The notes below the pieces were generated by a model, which was given only the letters and a program-made list of their open reading frames with translations, did not search any database and was not told the origin of the DNA. From Alphaproteobacteria bacterium (GTDB lineage: Bacteria; Pseudomonadota; Alphaproteobacteria; JACZXZ01): a DNA stretch of 64,000 bases. Positions 8,997 through 18,480 of this stretch are shown piece after piece. The DNA lies in NCBI GenBank assembly GCA_052143835.1, contig JBKQRV010000093.1, positions 69,387 to 133,386 on the forward strand, in the 5' to 3' direction. The translations under genes were made by a program, and so were the position numbers. Within the stretch, counting starts at the first letter, position 1. Each line of letters begins with the position of its first letter.

Positions 8997-11900
8997 ATGG
9001 ACGTGGCCGCGCTCTTTGCCCTCGGCGCCCTTGTCGCATGGTGGTTCTGGCCGCATCTCAGTGGGCGCGCGGTCTTCATCGGCGATTCGGACCGCATGAA
9101 TCACTTCCTGACGTGGCTCCGGAATTTCACGAACGGGCTGCGGCACGGCTATATCCCGACCTGGAACGAGTCCCTGTTCGGCGGCTACAGCGTCGTCGCA
9201 TTGCCCTATACCTATCCCAATCTCTTTGCCGCCCTCGCGGCCCTCTGGCCCGAGCGCCTGCTGATCGTCGTGGCGGGATGGATTTCCGCCCTCTTGATGG
9301 TGCTGGCGGGGTGGGCCGGCTACGCCTTCGTGCGCGACGTGACGCGGGAGCGCCTGACGGCCTTCACCGCGGCCGTGCTCTATCAGTCCTCCGCACTCGC
9401 GACCCTCAAGGTCAGCCAGAACGACATGAGCTTCGCGGTGCTGATCATCATTCCGTTGGTCATGTTGATCCTGCGCCGCGTGCGGCCCGGCAACATGGCG
9501 CCGTGCTTCGTCGGCCTGGCCTTGCTGCTGACCCATCTCTTGACGGTGGATTTCTTACAGAAAGCCGCTTACGCCTGCATGCTGTTCGGCCTTTATTCCA
9601 TCTACCGGCTGGTGAGCACCGGCAGTTGGCGTACGCCGTTCGTCCTCGTCAGCGCCGCAGTGGTCGCCGCCGTCGCCTCTTTCCCTCGCATCATGACGGA
9701 CGGCATCGAGCTCTCCCATTCGATCCGGCGCTACATCGGCGGTCAATCGGACAACCTGGACAGCGTCTATACCTCCATCGGACGCCATTTCAATTTCGAG
9801 ATTCTGCGCGCATTCGACGAGCGCATTCTTGGACGCACTTTCGCCGAATCCTACAGCTTCGGAAATATCTTCAATTTGCACGAGGGACTCCTCGTCTATT
9901 CGTCGACCTTCGCCACGCTTCTGATCCTGTGCGGAACGGTGCGGTATCTGCCCGCGCTGCTGCGTGGACGCCGCCTCATCGACGAAGATGCGCCGTTCCA
10001 CCTCGCCTTCGTCGCGTTCTGCGTGTTCGTGGTGCTGAGCAAGCTCGGCTTCACGATCATGTATGTGCTCATGGATCGCATCGACTTCATCCATGCCCGC
10101 ATCCTCGTCGCGGCCATGCTGCCTCTTGCCACGCTCGCAGCAGCGTATCTCTATCACTTGGGGGGCGGGAGCCACCTCGAGAAGCCGATCCTGCCGCGCT
10201 GGCCCCAGCTCCTCGCGGCGGCGCTCGCAGCTGGGCTCCTGGTGGCAGGCAGCGAGCATGTCGCCGATGCCACCGCCGGCCGGCCGATCCCGCTCGGCAT
10301 CTCGGAGGGCTTCACCGCGAACCTCACGGTATCGGCCGGCTCCGTGCTTCGGGTCGGCTTTTCGCTCTTCCTCTTCGCCGCGGTGCTCGCGGCGTCTCTG
10401 GGTCTCGACCGGCGCTCGCCTTGGCGCGGACCGTTGATGGCATTCCTCGCCTTCCTCATGATCTTCCAGGCCGCCGCCTTCGGAGCCTTTCAGCTTCGCG
10501 GTGACCAATTGCGCAGCGATTGGCGGCCGCTGCGGGAGCCGGCGGGCGAGACCAAAAAGCCGGAAAGCGAGCCAATGCCTTTCAAGGAGGCCGGACGCCT
10601 TCTCGCCCGAGCCGATGAGTTCAAAGGACCGACAGAGGCGGCGCTCTCGGCCATCGATCGCCGTCTCGAGCGCGACGATTACCGCACGGCCATTGTCTGC
10701 GATCCCAGCCGGATCAAGATCTTCTGCTCGCCGCACATCGCGAACTTTTGGCGCTTGCGCATGATCGAGGGCTATATCAGCTCGATCCCGGAGCGGCTCG
10801 AAATCCTGCCATGGCCCGCCAATTCGCTGAGCCAACGCTCGATCAGCTTCCCGAGCTTCGCCTCTCTGCCTTGGCCCCTGCTGAGCCTGTTGAATGTCAA
10901 ATATGCGATTGCCGTTCAGCCGGCCTTGTTTACCAACGCCGTAAGGCTGCCCGACGGCACGAGCCGCGAGCTCCGGCCCGAGGATCTCGAGATCCGGCAG
11001 AGCCCGCTTCCGGTGACGCCGAGGGTCTTCTTCGCGTCAACCGTTCAATCGCTTGCCGGGCCCGAGGCCGTGCTCGAGGCGCTTTTCCCGAAGGGCCAGC
11101 TGCGTCCCGAGGGTTACGACGCAGGGCGGCTAAGCTATGTGGAAGACGCCATTGGCGGGAGCTATAGCACGGCGGGTCAGGAGGACCTCAAGGCCTCGTT
11201 CCGCGACCAATACGCGACGATCGAATTTCCGCCTGCCGTGGCCCCGCGCTTTCTCGTCGTCAACGAGCGCTTCGACCCCTATTGGCGCGCCTATATCGGC
11301 GGCAAGGCAGCGAGGATCTATCCGACCAACCTCGTGATGCGCGGCGTCGTCGTCCCGCCCGGCGCGCGCGAGGTGACTATGATCTATCGGCCCTACGATA
11401 CTTCGGGCCGCGCCTTGGCCTTCTATCTCGCGGGCTTCGTTCTGTTCGGATTCGGATGTTGGGCCGTCGGCCGGACAGATCGACGGTTCCCCTCATTGAG
11501 CGCGGCGGAGATGGCGCGGCCTATGCGGCGCGCCGCGAGTTGGCTCCGGACGCGGTTAAGTGCATGGATTGCAGGCGATGCACCGGCGCTATTCCGGAGC
11601 TTGATCGCGATATCGATAATCTGGGCGATGGTCGTGGCCCTCAAATACCACCACGAGCCCAAGCTTCTGCTCATCGCCGTCGCTTGTCCGCTCGCCGGTC
11701 TCCTGCTTGTGCGGCTCGATTTGCGATTGGGGTGGCGGGCGGCCGCTTCGGCCGACCGGCTGGGCACCATCGCCGCCTTCGTCTTCATGCTGGCAATCTG
11801 GTCGGCCAGCCTCGTGCTGTGGAGGCGGGCCGGCGGCTTCTTCGGCGTTCGCGACACGGGCGAATCCGCGGCGATTTTCCTCTCGAGTCACCACGTCAGG

Positions 11901-13745
11901 GACATCGTGTCCTTCTTCTTGCAGGACCACGCGGCAAGTTCGGATCCGGCGGCGCTGGGCTACTTTTATATTCATCACCCCAATTTCATTTCGCGGCTTC
12001 TTTCCATGATCGGCATCGCATTGGGAATGTCGCAGGAGACGCTCATCCTCGCCTGCCTCATGCTTTCGGCGCTTTCGCTTCTGCTGGGCTTTCTCGCACT
12101 CCGCAGACTTTTCGCACCGCTTGTCGCGCTTGCGACTGTCGGATTCTTTGCAACCTCATATGGGGTCTATTTCGCCCAAGCCGGCGACCTGCTGCGCGGA
12201 CTGCATGTCGTGATGCTATGGCTGCTTGTCTACCTGATGGCGCTCGAATGGGATGGGCCGCCCGAGCGCCGGCACGGCCGCGATATCGCGCTCGCGGTAC
12301 TGTTCGTATTCATCGCCTCCTCGGATTGGGCATTCTTTGTCTTCTGTCTCGTTTTCTATTCAATGTGGAACGTTTACGCGCGCCGCCGCGTCGACGTGCG
12401 GCACCTCTTCGCTTGGGTCCTCGTGCCCTCTGCGCTGACGTTCCTCGCGTATTTTTGCATTATCGTCGCGCACACCGGCCTCGAGTTCTTCGTGACCGAC
12501 CTGCTGGTCACGTATTTCGGACGGATGGGCAACGTTTTCTTGGGAGCAATTTTGGGGGAGGCCCCGGACGTCAAGAAATTCCTCGAGTTGTATCAGGCGA
12601 AGCACATCGTCATGTGGGACGTGAGCCCGACGCCCGTTCGCTTGCGCGATGTCGTCACCGCTTACTGGCAGGTCATGCTCGCGGGCAGCCCATGGGTTGC
12701 GCGCGTCTTGTTCGCCACATTCATCGCCTGCTGTGGCGCGACGCTGCTGCGCGTCACGAAGGTCCGCGTGGCACGGGTCGTCGCGCTCGGTATGATCGCG
12801 GCGCTCGCGTTTGGCTTGGCGTTCTCTACGCTGGTCCCGATCCTGATTCTCTATCTGCTGATCGGTTTGCCGGGACTGAGGGCTGAGGAGCCGGCTTCTT
12901 CCGGCGCTGAGCAGAGCCGTCCGGGTCGGCTCGTGTCCGACTTGGCCGCATGGGTCACGATCCTGCTGAGCGCGTCGAGCGTGGTTGGCTTCCTGTTCCC
13001 CAACTACGTCTCCTGGCTTTGGAGCCAAGGAGCATCTCCCGTCGGCTTGCCGGACGCCGCGGCGTTTGGCCTCATTTGCCACCTCCTGGTCTATGCGCGC
13101 AGCTACGCCCGGGACGCGCGCTGGCTGCAGTCGCGCGCGGCCGAGGCAAAGGCGGCGCTGACACGCCTTGCCGCCGTTCTGTCGCTCTCGGCGCAAGCGA
13201 GCACAGGGCGCCGCAGCGTCGACCAAGGCGGGAAGCCACTCGCCACAAGTGATCATTCATGGCGTTTCCGCCCTTGGGGTGGCCCCGCGGCGGTTGCCGT
13301 CATCGCGGCTCTCCATATTTTCAGCAACTTCCAGCTTTACCGGCAATTCCCCCCTCTAGGGCCGCCCTTTGCATCGGCGCTGCGTCGGCCGGAATTTCAC
13401 GGCAAGCTCTTTGTCGCCAACGTGTATGATGGGCTGGTATGGTACTTCACGCGGGGCACCAGCCTCATCACCACCGTCGTGCCGCCTGAGCGCGGGAGCA
13501 CAGAGCGCTTCAGACATTTGCGGGATGGGGATGACCAGGCCAAATACGCGCATCCGGATTACTTCCTTTGCGACAACGATCCCTACTTCGCTTTCGTCCG
13601 CGTCGCGAGAATCGGCGGCAAGACCTGCCAGATGCCGGCCGAGTGCAGCTGCGGGGACGTATTGCATGAGATGGCCAAGCAGGGACACACGGCCGTTGTC
13701 GTCGCACCCAACTACGTGATCATGAAGTACAATTACGTTCATTGA
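8997..13745 (+). CDS. Fusion protein (type D, about 1580 aa). The N-terminal half is a YfhO-like domain that includes the YfhO C-terminal signature and its terminal helix. The C-terminal half is a type-B-like membrane domain plus soluble region without GW modules.
   Basis: ORF 8859..13745. ATG at 8997 (MDVAALF) is preferred. The mid-protein RFDPYWRAYIGGKAARIYPTNLVMRGVVVPPGAREVTMIYRPY plus the helix AFYLAGFVLFGFGCWAV matches the type-C C-terminus. The distal region (PEFHGKLFVANVYDG...YAHPDYFLCDNDPYFAF) aligns with type B (PPFRGHSFVANSYTA...PAYAFPDFYACFVQQN). Confidence 0.7.
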   Translation: MDVAALFALGALVAWWFWPHLSGRAVFIGDSDRMNHFLTWLRNFTNGLRHGYIPTWNESLFGGYSVVALPYTYPNLFAALAALWPERLLIVVAGWISALLMVLAGWAGYAFVRDVTRERLTAFTAAVLYQSSALATLKVSQNDMSFAVLIIIPLVMLILRRVRPGNMAPCFVGLALLLTHLLTVDFLQKAAYACMLFGLYSIYRLVSTGSWRTPFVLVSAAVVAAVASFPRIMTDGIELSHSIRRYIGGQSDNLDSVYTSIGRHFNFEILRAFDERILGRTFAESYSFGNIFNLHEGLLVYSSTFATLLILCGTVRYLPALLRGRRLIDEDAPFHLAFVAFCVFVVLSKLGFTIMYVLMDRIDFIHARILVAAMLPLATLAAAYLYHLGGGSHLEKPILPRWPQLLAAALAAGLLVAGSEHVADATAGRPIPLGISEGFTANLTVSAGSVLRVGFSLFLFAAVLAASLGLDRRSPWRGPLMAFLAFLMIFQAAAFGAFQLRGDQLRSDWRPLREPAGETKKPESEPMPFKEAGRLLARADEFKGPTEAALSAIDRRLERDDYRTAIVCDPSRIKIFCSPHIANFWRLRMIEGYISSIPERLEILPWPANSLSQRSISFPSFASLPWPLLSLLNVKYAIAVQPALFTNAVRLPDGTSRELRPEDLEIRQSPLPVTPRVFFASTVQSLAGPEAVLEALFPKGQLRPEGYDAGRLSYVEDAIGGSYSTAGQEDLKASFRDQYATIEFPPAVAPRFLVVNERFDPYWRAYIGGKAARIYPTNLVMRGVVVPPGAREVTMIYRPYDTSGRALAFYLAGFVLFGFGCWAVGRTDRRFPSLSAAEMARPMRRAASWLRTRLSAWIAGDAPALFRSLIAISIIWAMVVALKYHHEPKLLLIAVACPLAGLLLVRLDLRLGWRAAASADRLGTIAAFVFMLAIWSASLVLWRRAGGFFGVRDTGESAAIFLSSHHVRDIVSFFLQDHAASSDPAALGYFYIHHPNFISRLLSMIGIALGMSQETLILACLMLSALSLLLGFLALRRLFAPLVALATVGFFATSYGVYFAQAGDLLRGLHVVMLWLLVYLMALEWDGPPERRHGRDIALAVLFVFIASSDWAFFVFCLVFYSMWNVYARRRVDVRHLFAWVLVPSALTFLAYFCIIVAHTGLEFFVTDLLVTYFGRMGNVFLGAILGEAPDVKKFLELYQAKHIVMWDVSPTPVRLRDVVTAYWQVMLAGSPWVARVLFATFIACCGATLLRVTKVRVARVVALGMIAALAFGLAFSTLVPILILYLLIGLPGLRAEEPASSGAEQSRPGRLVSDLAAWVTILLSASSVVGFLFPNYVSWLWSQGASPVGLPDAAAFGLICHLLVYARSYARDARWLQSRAAEAKAALTRLAAVLSLSAQASTGRRSVDQGGKPLATSDHSWRFRPWGGPAAVAVIAALHIFSNFQLYRQFPPLGPPFASALRRPEFHGKLFVANVYDGLVWYFTRGTSLITTVVPPERGSTERFRHLRDGDDQAKYAHPDYFLCDNDPYFAFVRVARIGGKTCQMPAECSCGDVLHEMAKQGHTAVVVAPNYVIMKYNYVH

Positions 13746-13803
13746 GAGGCACCGCGCGGCGTCGGGCGCGCAGCACGGCCTCGCTCGGACCCAAACCTTG
13801 GCA

Positions 13804-16800
13804 ATGCAACGGCTCGGCATGGGAAAGCGGATTGCGGGTTTCGCGGGTGCGCTTGCATCGCGCGGATGGGCCTTTGCGCCGGCACTTCTGCTGGTGCTTG
13901 CCTTCAACCTCTATTGGTACGGCGCTTTTCTATCGTTCCCCGTGTTCGGGGAAGATGCGGCGTCGCTGTTGTACGTTCTGCTCGACACGATCAAGGGCGG
14001 CCACCTGGCAACCATAGGCTATCCGATGAATTGGTCGGAAGGCCTGGGACAGCCGAATCTCTTCATAACCTTCACCTTCGACCCTTTCGCTTGGGTGATG
14101 CTCCTGCCGCTCGACCCGGCCGATTGCTATCGCATTTCGATGGCGCTTCGTGCCACGGCAGCCTGGGCAGCGGGTTATTGGTTCTGCATCGTGTTGTTTC
14201 GCGGCCGGCCCATGGTCGCGATGTTCTCTGCGACGCTGTACATCCTGATCGGCTTCATTCTTACGAGCGCATGGGGCACCTATATCTGGGCCGGCATGTT
14301 CAATGCGACGCACGCGGCAATTTTTCCGCTTCTGGGAGCCTTTGCTCTCTTGATCATGCGGAGCCCGCGCCGCATAGGCATCGCGGACCTCTGTTTTCTT
14401 GTCTCGGTATTCTTCTTCATCCTCGATTATCCGGTCGGATCTCTGATCGGCATAGCCGTGTTCCTGACTTTCGCCGGCGCCGCAGCGCTTCTGGCACGCC
14501 CAGCCGAGCGCCGGACCGCAATTTGGGGATTCGCCAAAATCGCAGCAATGGTCGCTATCCTCCTTTTTGCTCCGCCGCTTCACATTTTCTCGTCGTGGAC
14601 GGCGCTCATACAGGGATCGGCGCGAGTGGTGTTTTCCGGCGAGCTGTTTGCATACGGCAACAGTCATGTGCCGCCGCTCATGTGGACGCGATCGCCCTGG
14701 GCTCTCAGAGTGTGCATCCTGGTCGGTTTGTCGGTGTTATTGCTCAACCGGCGTTGGCCGCGCCCGCTCCGAGTGCTTGCTGCCACCCTCTTCCTGGTGG
14801 TTGGCGGAGTGCAGCTCTTGGCACTTGTGAAGTATCTCGGGCTTGACGCTGGGCTCGTGGACCGTCTTCCGCGACTTCACTATTTCGAATTCTACTCGCC
14901 GCTTTTTTATGCTGCATGCGGGGGCTTCGCGTTGAGTCACTGGCGGGATGTCGCCTTTCCGGGCCTCGCTGATCGGCGGCATCTGCACGCGTGGACGTTA
15001 CGGACGATCATGTTCCTGGCAATCGCGCTCTACATCCTGCCGACGATCGTCGTTGTCGTTTCCGGCATTCTTCTGATCGTCGCGCACGCCTGGCTGCGCC
15101 GGGAGAGAAAAGGTGTTCGCAGCGTGGTGTCGCCGGTGGGGGGTCGTCTTGTTGCCCGTGCCGTTTTTGTGGCGCTCATCGCCGCCGCGATCGGAACTTG
15201 GCTGCCTCCCAGTGAGAAGATCTATCCTATCTTCTACGCCGAGAGCCGCTGCCGAGACGGCGTGCTTTGGTGCCGCGACCCGCCGGGCGCCACGATGGCT
15301 GTCGGCGACAATCCGATTACGCAGTACTTGCGGCGGGCCTTGAGCGCGGATGAGCATTTCTCCGGGCGCGCCGAGACTTGGGTCAGGCCGCCCGTCCGGA
15401 TCGGCCTTTATGCGCAAGTGGACATGCGGTGGACGGACGAGCTGTTCGCGCGCCTTCATGCATGGTACGCGCGGGCTTACGAAGCTCAAGTCATAAAGGG
15501 CTCGTCGGAGGACGATCTCTTCCGGCTTCCGCCGCAGCGAGTCGATTGGGACCGCCGCCAGTATCTGCTGGACACCCTTGCGAAATTCGCCCGCGGCGAC
15601 CTTCCGTATAACGGCCCGGCCCAGGAGAACCTGGTGCTCGAGATGCGCGACTGGATCGTCAGGCGCGGCCAGATGTTCGGCTTATTCGTAAAGGACTTCA
15701 CCGATCCGTGGCAGGGCATTAACTCCGTCCAGGCCGTCACCGAGGAACGTACGGCTGCGTTTTTCGCCACGGGAAATGGCCTCTTGCTACGAGCAATGCC
15801 GTTTCAGGGCGTTCCTGTCGCGTCGTCCTACGAGCAGGCGCTCGACTATCTTTATTATCTCTTCTGGACTCGGTATGTCAGCGCCGGTCAAGCAGCGTTC
15901 AAATCCATCAACATGACCACTTTGGAGGCACTTCATCCGGACCGCCTTGCGCTTGCGGGAATACGCTTTGTCGTGGCCCGCGACAGCAGCGCTTACGAAG
16001 CTCCTCCCCTCGAGCGGATCATGAGCTGGCAAGGGTATTCGATCTATGCGGTGCGGCATGCGAACGTCGCAGGCTACGCGGTAAAGAATCTCGAGTTCGG
16101 CAATACGCTGACCGAGGAATTGCGCCTGATGCGCCACCATGGTTTCGATCCCCGGCGTACCGCCGTACTTCCGGCGCGCGCGCGCCGTTCGTTTGCGGAC
16201 TCTACATTCCACGCGCCGGGGATGCTGGCGAGTTCATCCATCAGGTTGGCGCCAAACGAATTGACCTACTTGGCGAGGGGTTCCGGCGGTCCCGTTTTTG
16301 TCGTGCTGCCGTTTAACTGGTCGCATTGCTGGCAAGTGGAGTGGCGCAGGGGAACCGGAAATCTCACCCGCGCCGACATCGATCTGGTGGGAGTCGCCTT
16401 CGAGGGCGACGTCGAGCTGCATCTGCGTTGGACCGCCGGCTATGGCGCGCGTAGCCAGTGTCTCGGCGAGGATCAGACGCAGATCCCCGAGGCAAAGCGC
16501 GCGGCGGCCGCGGTCGGATTCGGCCAGGCCTATGAGCCGCTCGATCGGGATTTTCAACCCTTCGCCGCCGCGCGGCCTCGCTTTGCCGCCGACGCAGTCG
16601 ATGAGCGCGAGTTAGAAAGGAGATCCGATTACAGTAGCGGCAACGAAATGGTGGTGCCGAGCAGCGTGGTGGCGCTGCTGTCGAACGACGAGCTCTATGG
16701 GGGGGCGTGGACGACGTCGGTTTCCTCGGAATTCCGCCGGGACAACGGGGAGTACGAGCTCGTTGCCACGAACGACGGGGGTGCAAGCCTCGCGGTCTTG

Positions 16801-17472
16801 CCATTGCGGCATTCTTACTGTTGGCAGGCGGAATGGCGGGGCAAGGCCGGCGCCCTCCTCCCGGTCGACGCGGACCGGCTTAGCGTGCTGTTTCGCGGAT
16901 CCACATCGGTGCGGCTTCTCCTTCCGCCCGCGGACGAGCGCTCGAGCTGTGCGCTGCGCGACCGCGCGCGCGCGGCGGTTTTTGATTTTCTCGCGAACGA
17001 CCCTGTCAAGTCCGACGCGGCTCGCTACCGTCTCGGCGAGGCCATCGCCTTCGGCAGCGGGGGAAACAGCGAGTCCTTCACGGTGGAGGGATGGGGGCAG
17101 CCGGAAGCCTGGGGCCGATGGTCGCTTGGCTCGACCGCCAAGCTCGTGTTGAGAACGAATCCGCCGCCGACCGGTGATCTGATACTCGACGCATCGGTCG
17201 GTGCTCTACTCGCCGGAAGCCGGCGATTCGCGCGTGCGACGATCGTCGTCAACGGCGTCGAGGTCGGCAAGTGGGAGTTTCGTCCCGAGGATACGCCCGG
17301 GCGCCGTCAGGCAACCGTGCCGCGGGATTTGGTGGCGGATATCGGAGTGATGGTAATCGATTTCAAGGTCGACGAGCCCGTCTCGCCCGCCGAGCTCGCA
17401 GTGTCGCTCGATACTCGGCGCCTTGGCCTCAGTCTGCAAAGACTCACTGTGAGAGCCGCCGACAGCTATTAG
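13804..17472 (+). CDS. Giant membrane protein (type A, about 1220 aa). It has an N-terminal polytopic domain of about 450 aa, a large soluble region with two YfhO-C-like repeats, and one C-terminal GW-PE-WG module.
   Basis: ORF 13798..17472 has TTG at 13798 and ATG at 13804. It is paralogous to 20488..24156 over its full length and to 1..1959. The module is GWGQPEAWGRWSLG...SPAELAVSLDTRRLGLSL. Confidence 0.75.
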   Translation: MQRLGMGKRIAGFAGALASRGWAFAPALLLVLAFNLYWYGAFLSFPVFGEDAASLLYVLLDTIKGGHLATIGYPMNWSEGLGQPNLFITFTFDPFAWVMLLPLDPADCYRISMALRATAAWAAGYWFCIVLFRGRPMVAMFSATLYILIGFILTSAWGTYIWAGMFNATHAAIFPLLGAFALLIMRSPRRIGIADLCFLVSVFFFILDYPVGSLIGIAVFLTFAGAAALLARPAERRTAIWGFAKIAAMVAILLFAPPLHIFSSWTALIQGSARVVFSGELFAYGNSHVPPLMWTRSPWALRVCILVGLSVLLLNRRWPRPLRVLAATLFLVVGGVQLLALVKYLGLDAGLVDRLPRLHYFEFYSPLFYAACGGFALSHWRDVAFPGLADRRHLHAWTLRTIMFLAIALYILPTIVVVVSGILLIVAHAWLRRERKGVRSVVSPVGGRLVARAVFVALIAAAIGTWLPPSEKIYPIFYAESRCRDGVLWCRDPPGATMAVGDNPITQYLRRALSADEHFSGRAETWVRPPVRIGLYAQVDMRWTDELFARLHAWYARAYEAQVIKGSSEDDLFRLPPQRVDWDRRQYLLDTLAKFARGDLPYNGPAQENLVLEMRDWIVRRGQMFGLFVKDFTDPWQGINSVQAVTEERTAAFFATGNGLLLRAMPFQGVPVASSYEQALDYLYYLFWTRYVSAGQAAFKSINMTTLEALHPDRLALAGIRFVVARDSSAYEAPPLERIMSWQGYSIYAVRHANVAGYAVKNLEFGNTLTEELRLMRHHGFDPRRTAVLPARARRSFADSTFHAPGMLASSSIRLAPNELTYLARGSGGPVFVVLPFNWSHCWQVEWRRGTGNLTRADIDLVGVAFEGDVELHLRWTAGYGARSQCLGEDQTQIPEAKRAAAAVGFGQAYEPLDRDFQPFAAARPRFAADAVDERELERRSDYSSGNEMVVPSSVVALLSNDELYGGAWTTSVSSEFRRDNGEYELVATNDGGASLAVLPLRHSYCWQAEWRGKAGALLPVDADRLSVLFRGSTSVRLLLPPADERSSCALRDRARAAVFDFLANDPVKSDAARYRLGEAIAFGSGGNSESFTVEGWGQPEAWGRWSLGSTAKLVLRTNPPPTGDLILDASVGALLAGSRRFARATIVVNGVEVGKWEFRPEDTPGRRQATVPRDLVADIGVMVIDFKVDEPVSPAELAVSLDTRRLGLSLQRLTVRAADSY

Positions 17473-17561
17473 AGTATTTTCATAATTGCTGGCGATAACC
17501 GGCGTTGGCGGGATGCTCGGCGCATTCGGCGGAAGACAATCGCATTTCTAACGCGGCTTGT

Positions 17562-18356
17562 TCACCAGCTGCGCGATAATCGCCGAGCGAGAATTCGGAA
17601 AAGGCTGTGGCCGACCGATACGAAATTGCGTAGGCGCAAAGCCTTCGACCCTGGCGACGCGGTCGCTGGCAGGACGAGCTCTTTGTAGCTAGCTCCTTCT
17701 CCCACCAGACGTGTAATGAGCTCGGCCTGGAATCCGAATCCGGTCGACTCGACGGCAAAGCGCATCACCTGCCACCGTCGGTAGGCGGGAAATCCGTTGT
17801 AGTACTCGATCCTGATCCCCGAGATCTTATTGACAAGCCAGGTGTATAGGCGGGACAGGCCCTTACGGAGCACGCCGCGCCCGCGCACGTCGCGATAGAC
17901 GGGGATGATGATGTCTGCCTCGCCAAGACTGCGCATGATTGCGTCATGCGCCTCGGGCAACTCGTAGTTATCCCCGGCGACCGCACGGTAGTACGTGCCC
18001 TTCCCAAGGAACGCGCAGTCGGTGAAGTTGCGGCCGAGACCGCGATTTCGGGGCAGCGTAATTAGTCGTATGTTCAGCTCGGGATGCCTCCCTTGGTAGG
18101 TGCGGACGACCTCGCTAGTCCGGTCTGTTGAACAATCGTCGAAGACGATCACCTCGATTGTCGTGCCGGTGCGCCGCGATGCGGAAAAGACGTTCTCAAG
18201 GGCATTGACCACATGCCCCTCCTCATTGAGGCACGGCATGAAGACGGTCAGCTCGATGGGCCACTCGCCCCCCAAGGCCTCTTCGAGAATCCGATCCACC
18301 TCGAGTCCTCTCTCCCAGCCACCTGCAAGAGACGCCTCACGCGGCCTATGTCGCAC
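17562..18356 (-). CDS. Family 2 glycosyltransferase of the DPM1/ArnC/CsbB-like polyprenyl-phosphate sugar synthase type.
   Basis: IELTVFMPCLNEEGHVVNALENV...VIVFDDCSTDRTSEVV is a GT2 A-type fold with a DxD-like FDD motif. The likely start is GTG at 18356. Confidence 0.7.
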   Translation of the reverse strand: MRHRPREASLAGGWERGLEVDRILEEALGGEWPIELTVFMPCLNEEGHVVNALENVFSASRRTGTTIEVIVFDDCSTDRTSEVVRTYQGRHPELNIRLITLPRNRGLGRNFTDCAFLGKGTYYRAVAGDNYELPEAHDAIMRSLGEADIIIPVYRDVRGRGVLRKGLSRLYTWLVNKISGIRIEYYNGFPAYRRWQVMRFAVESTGFGFQAELITRLVGEGASYKELVLPATASPGSKALRLRNFVSVGHSLFRILARRLSRSW

Positions 18357-18480
18357 GGGTAAGACGCGGTCGTGGCCGTCGTCGTCCCGGACAGATGAAG
18401 TTCGCGTGAGGACGCTGATATCGGATCAGTCACATGCGCCGCTGCAGGCTCCGATGCGACCTTGCCTTCGCTGTATTCGG

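Noticed and set aside
8927-10504. 525-aa plus-strand ORF at the start of the type-D gene, along with similar large alternative-frame ORFs at 7468..8589, 9555..10835, 12360..13256 and 21379..22143.
   Set aside because: They are off-frame or antisense relative to the paralog-supported giant membrane-protein frames. They have arginine-rich low-complexity translations.
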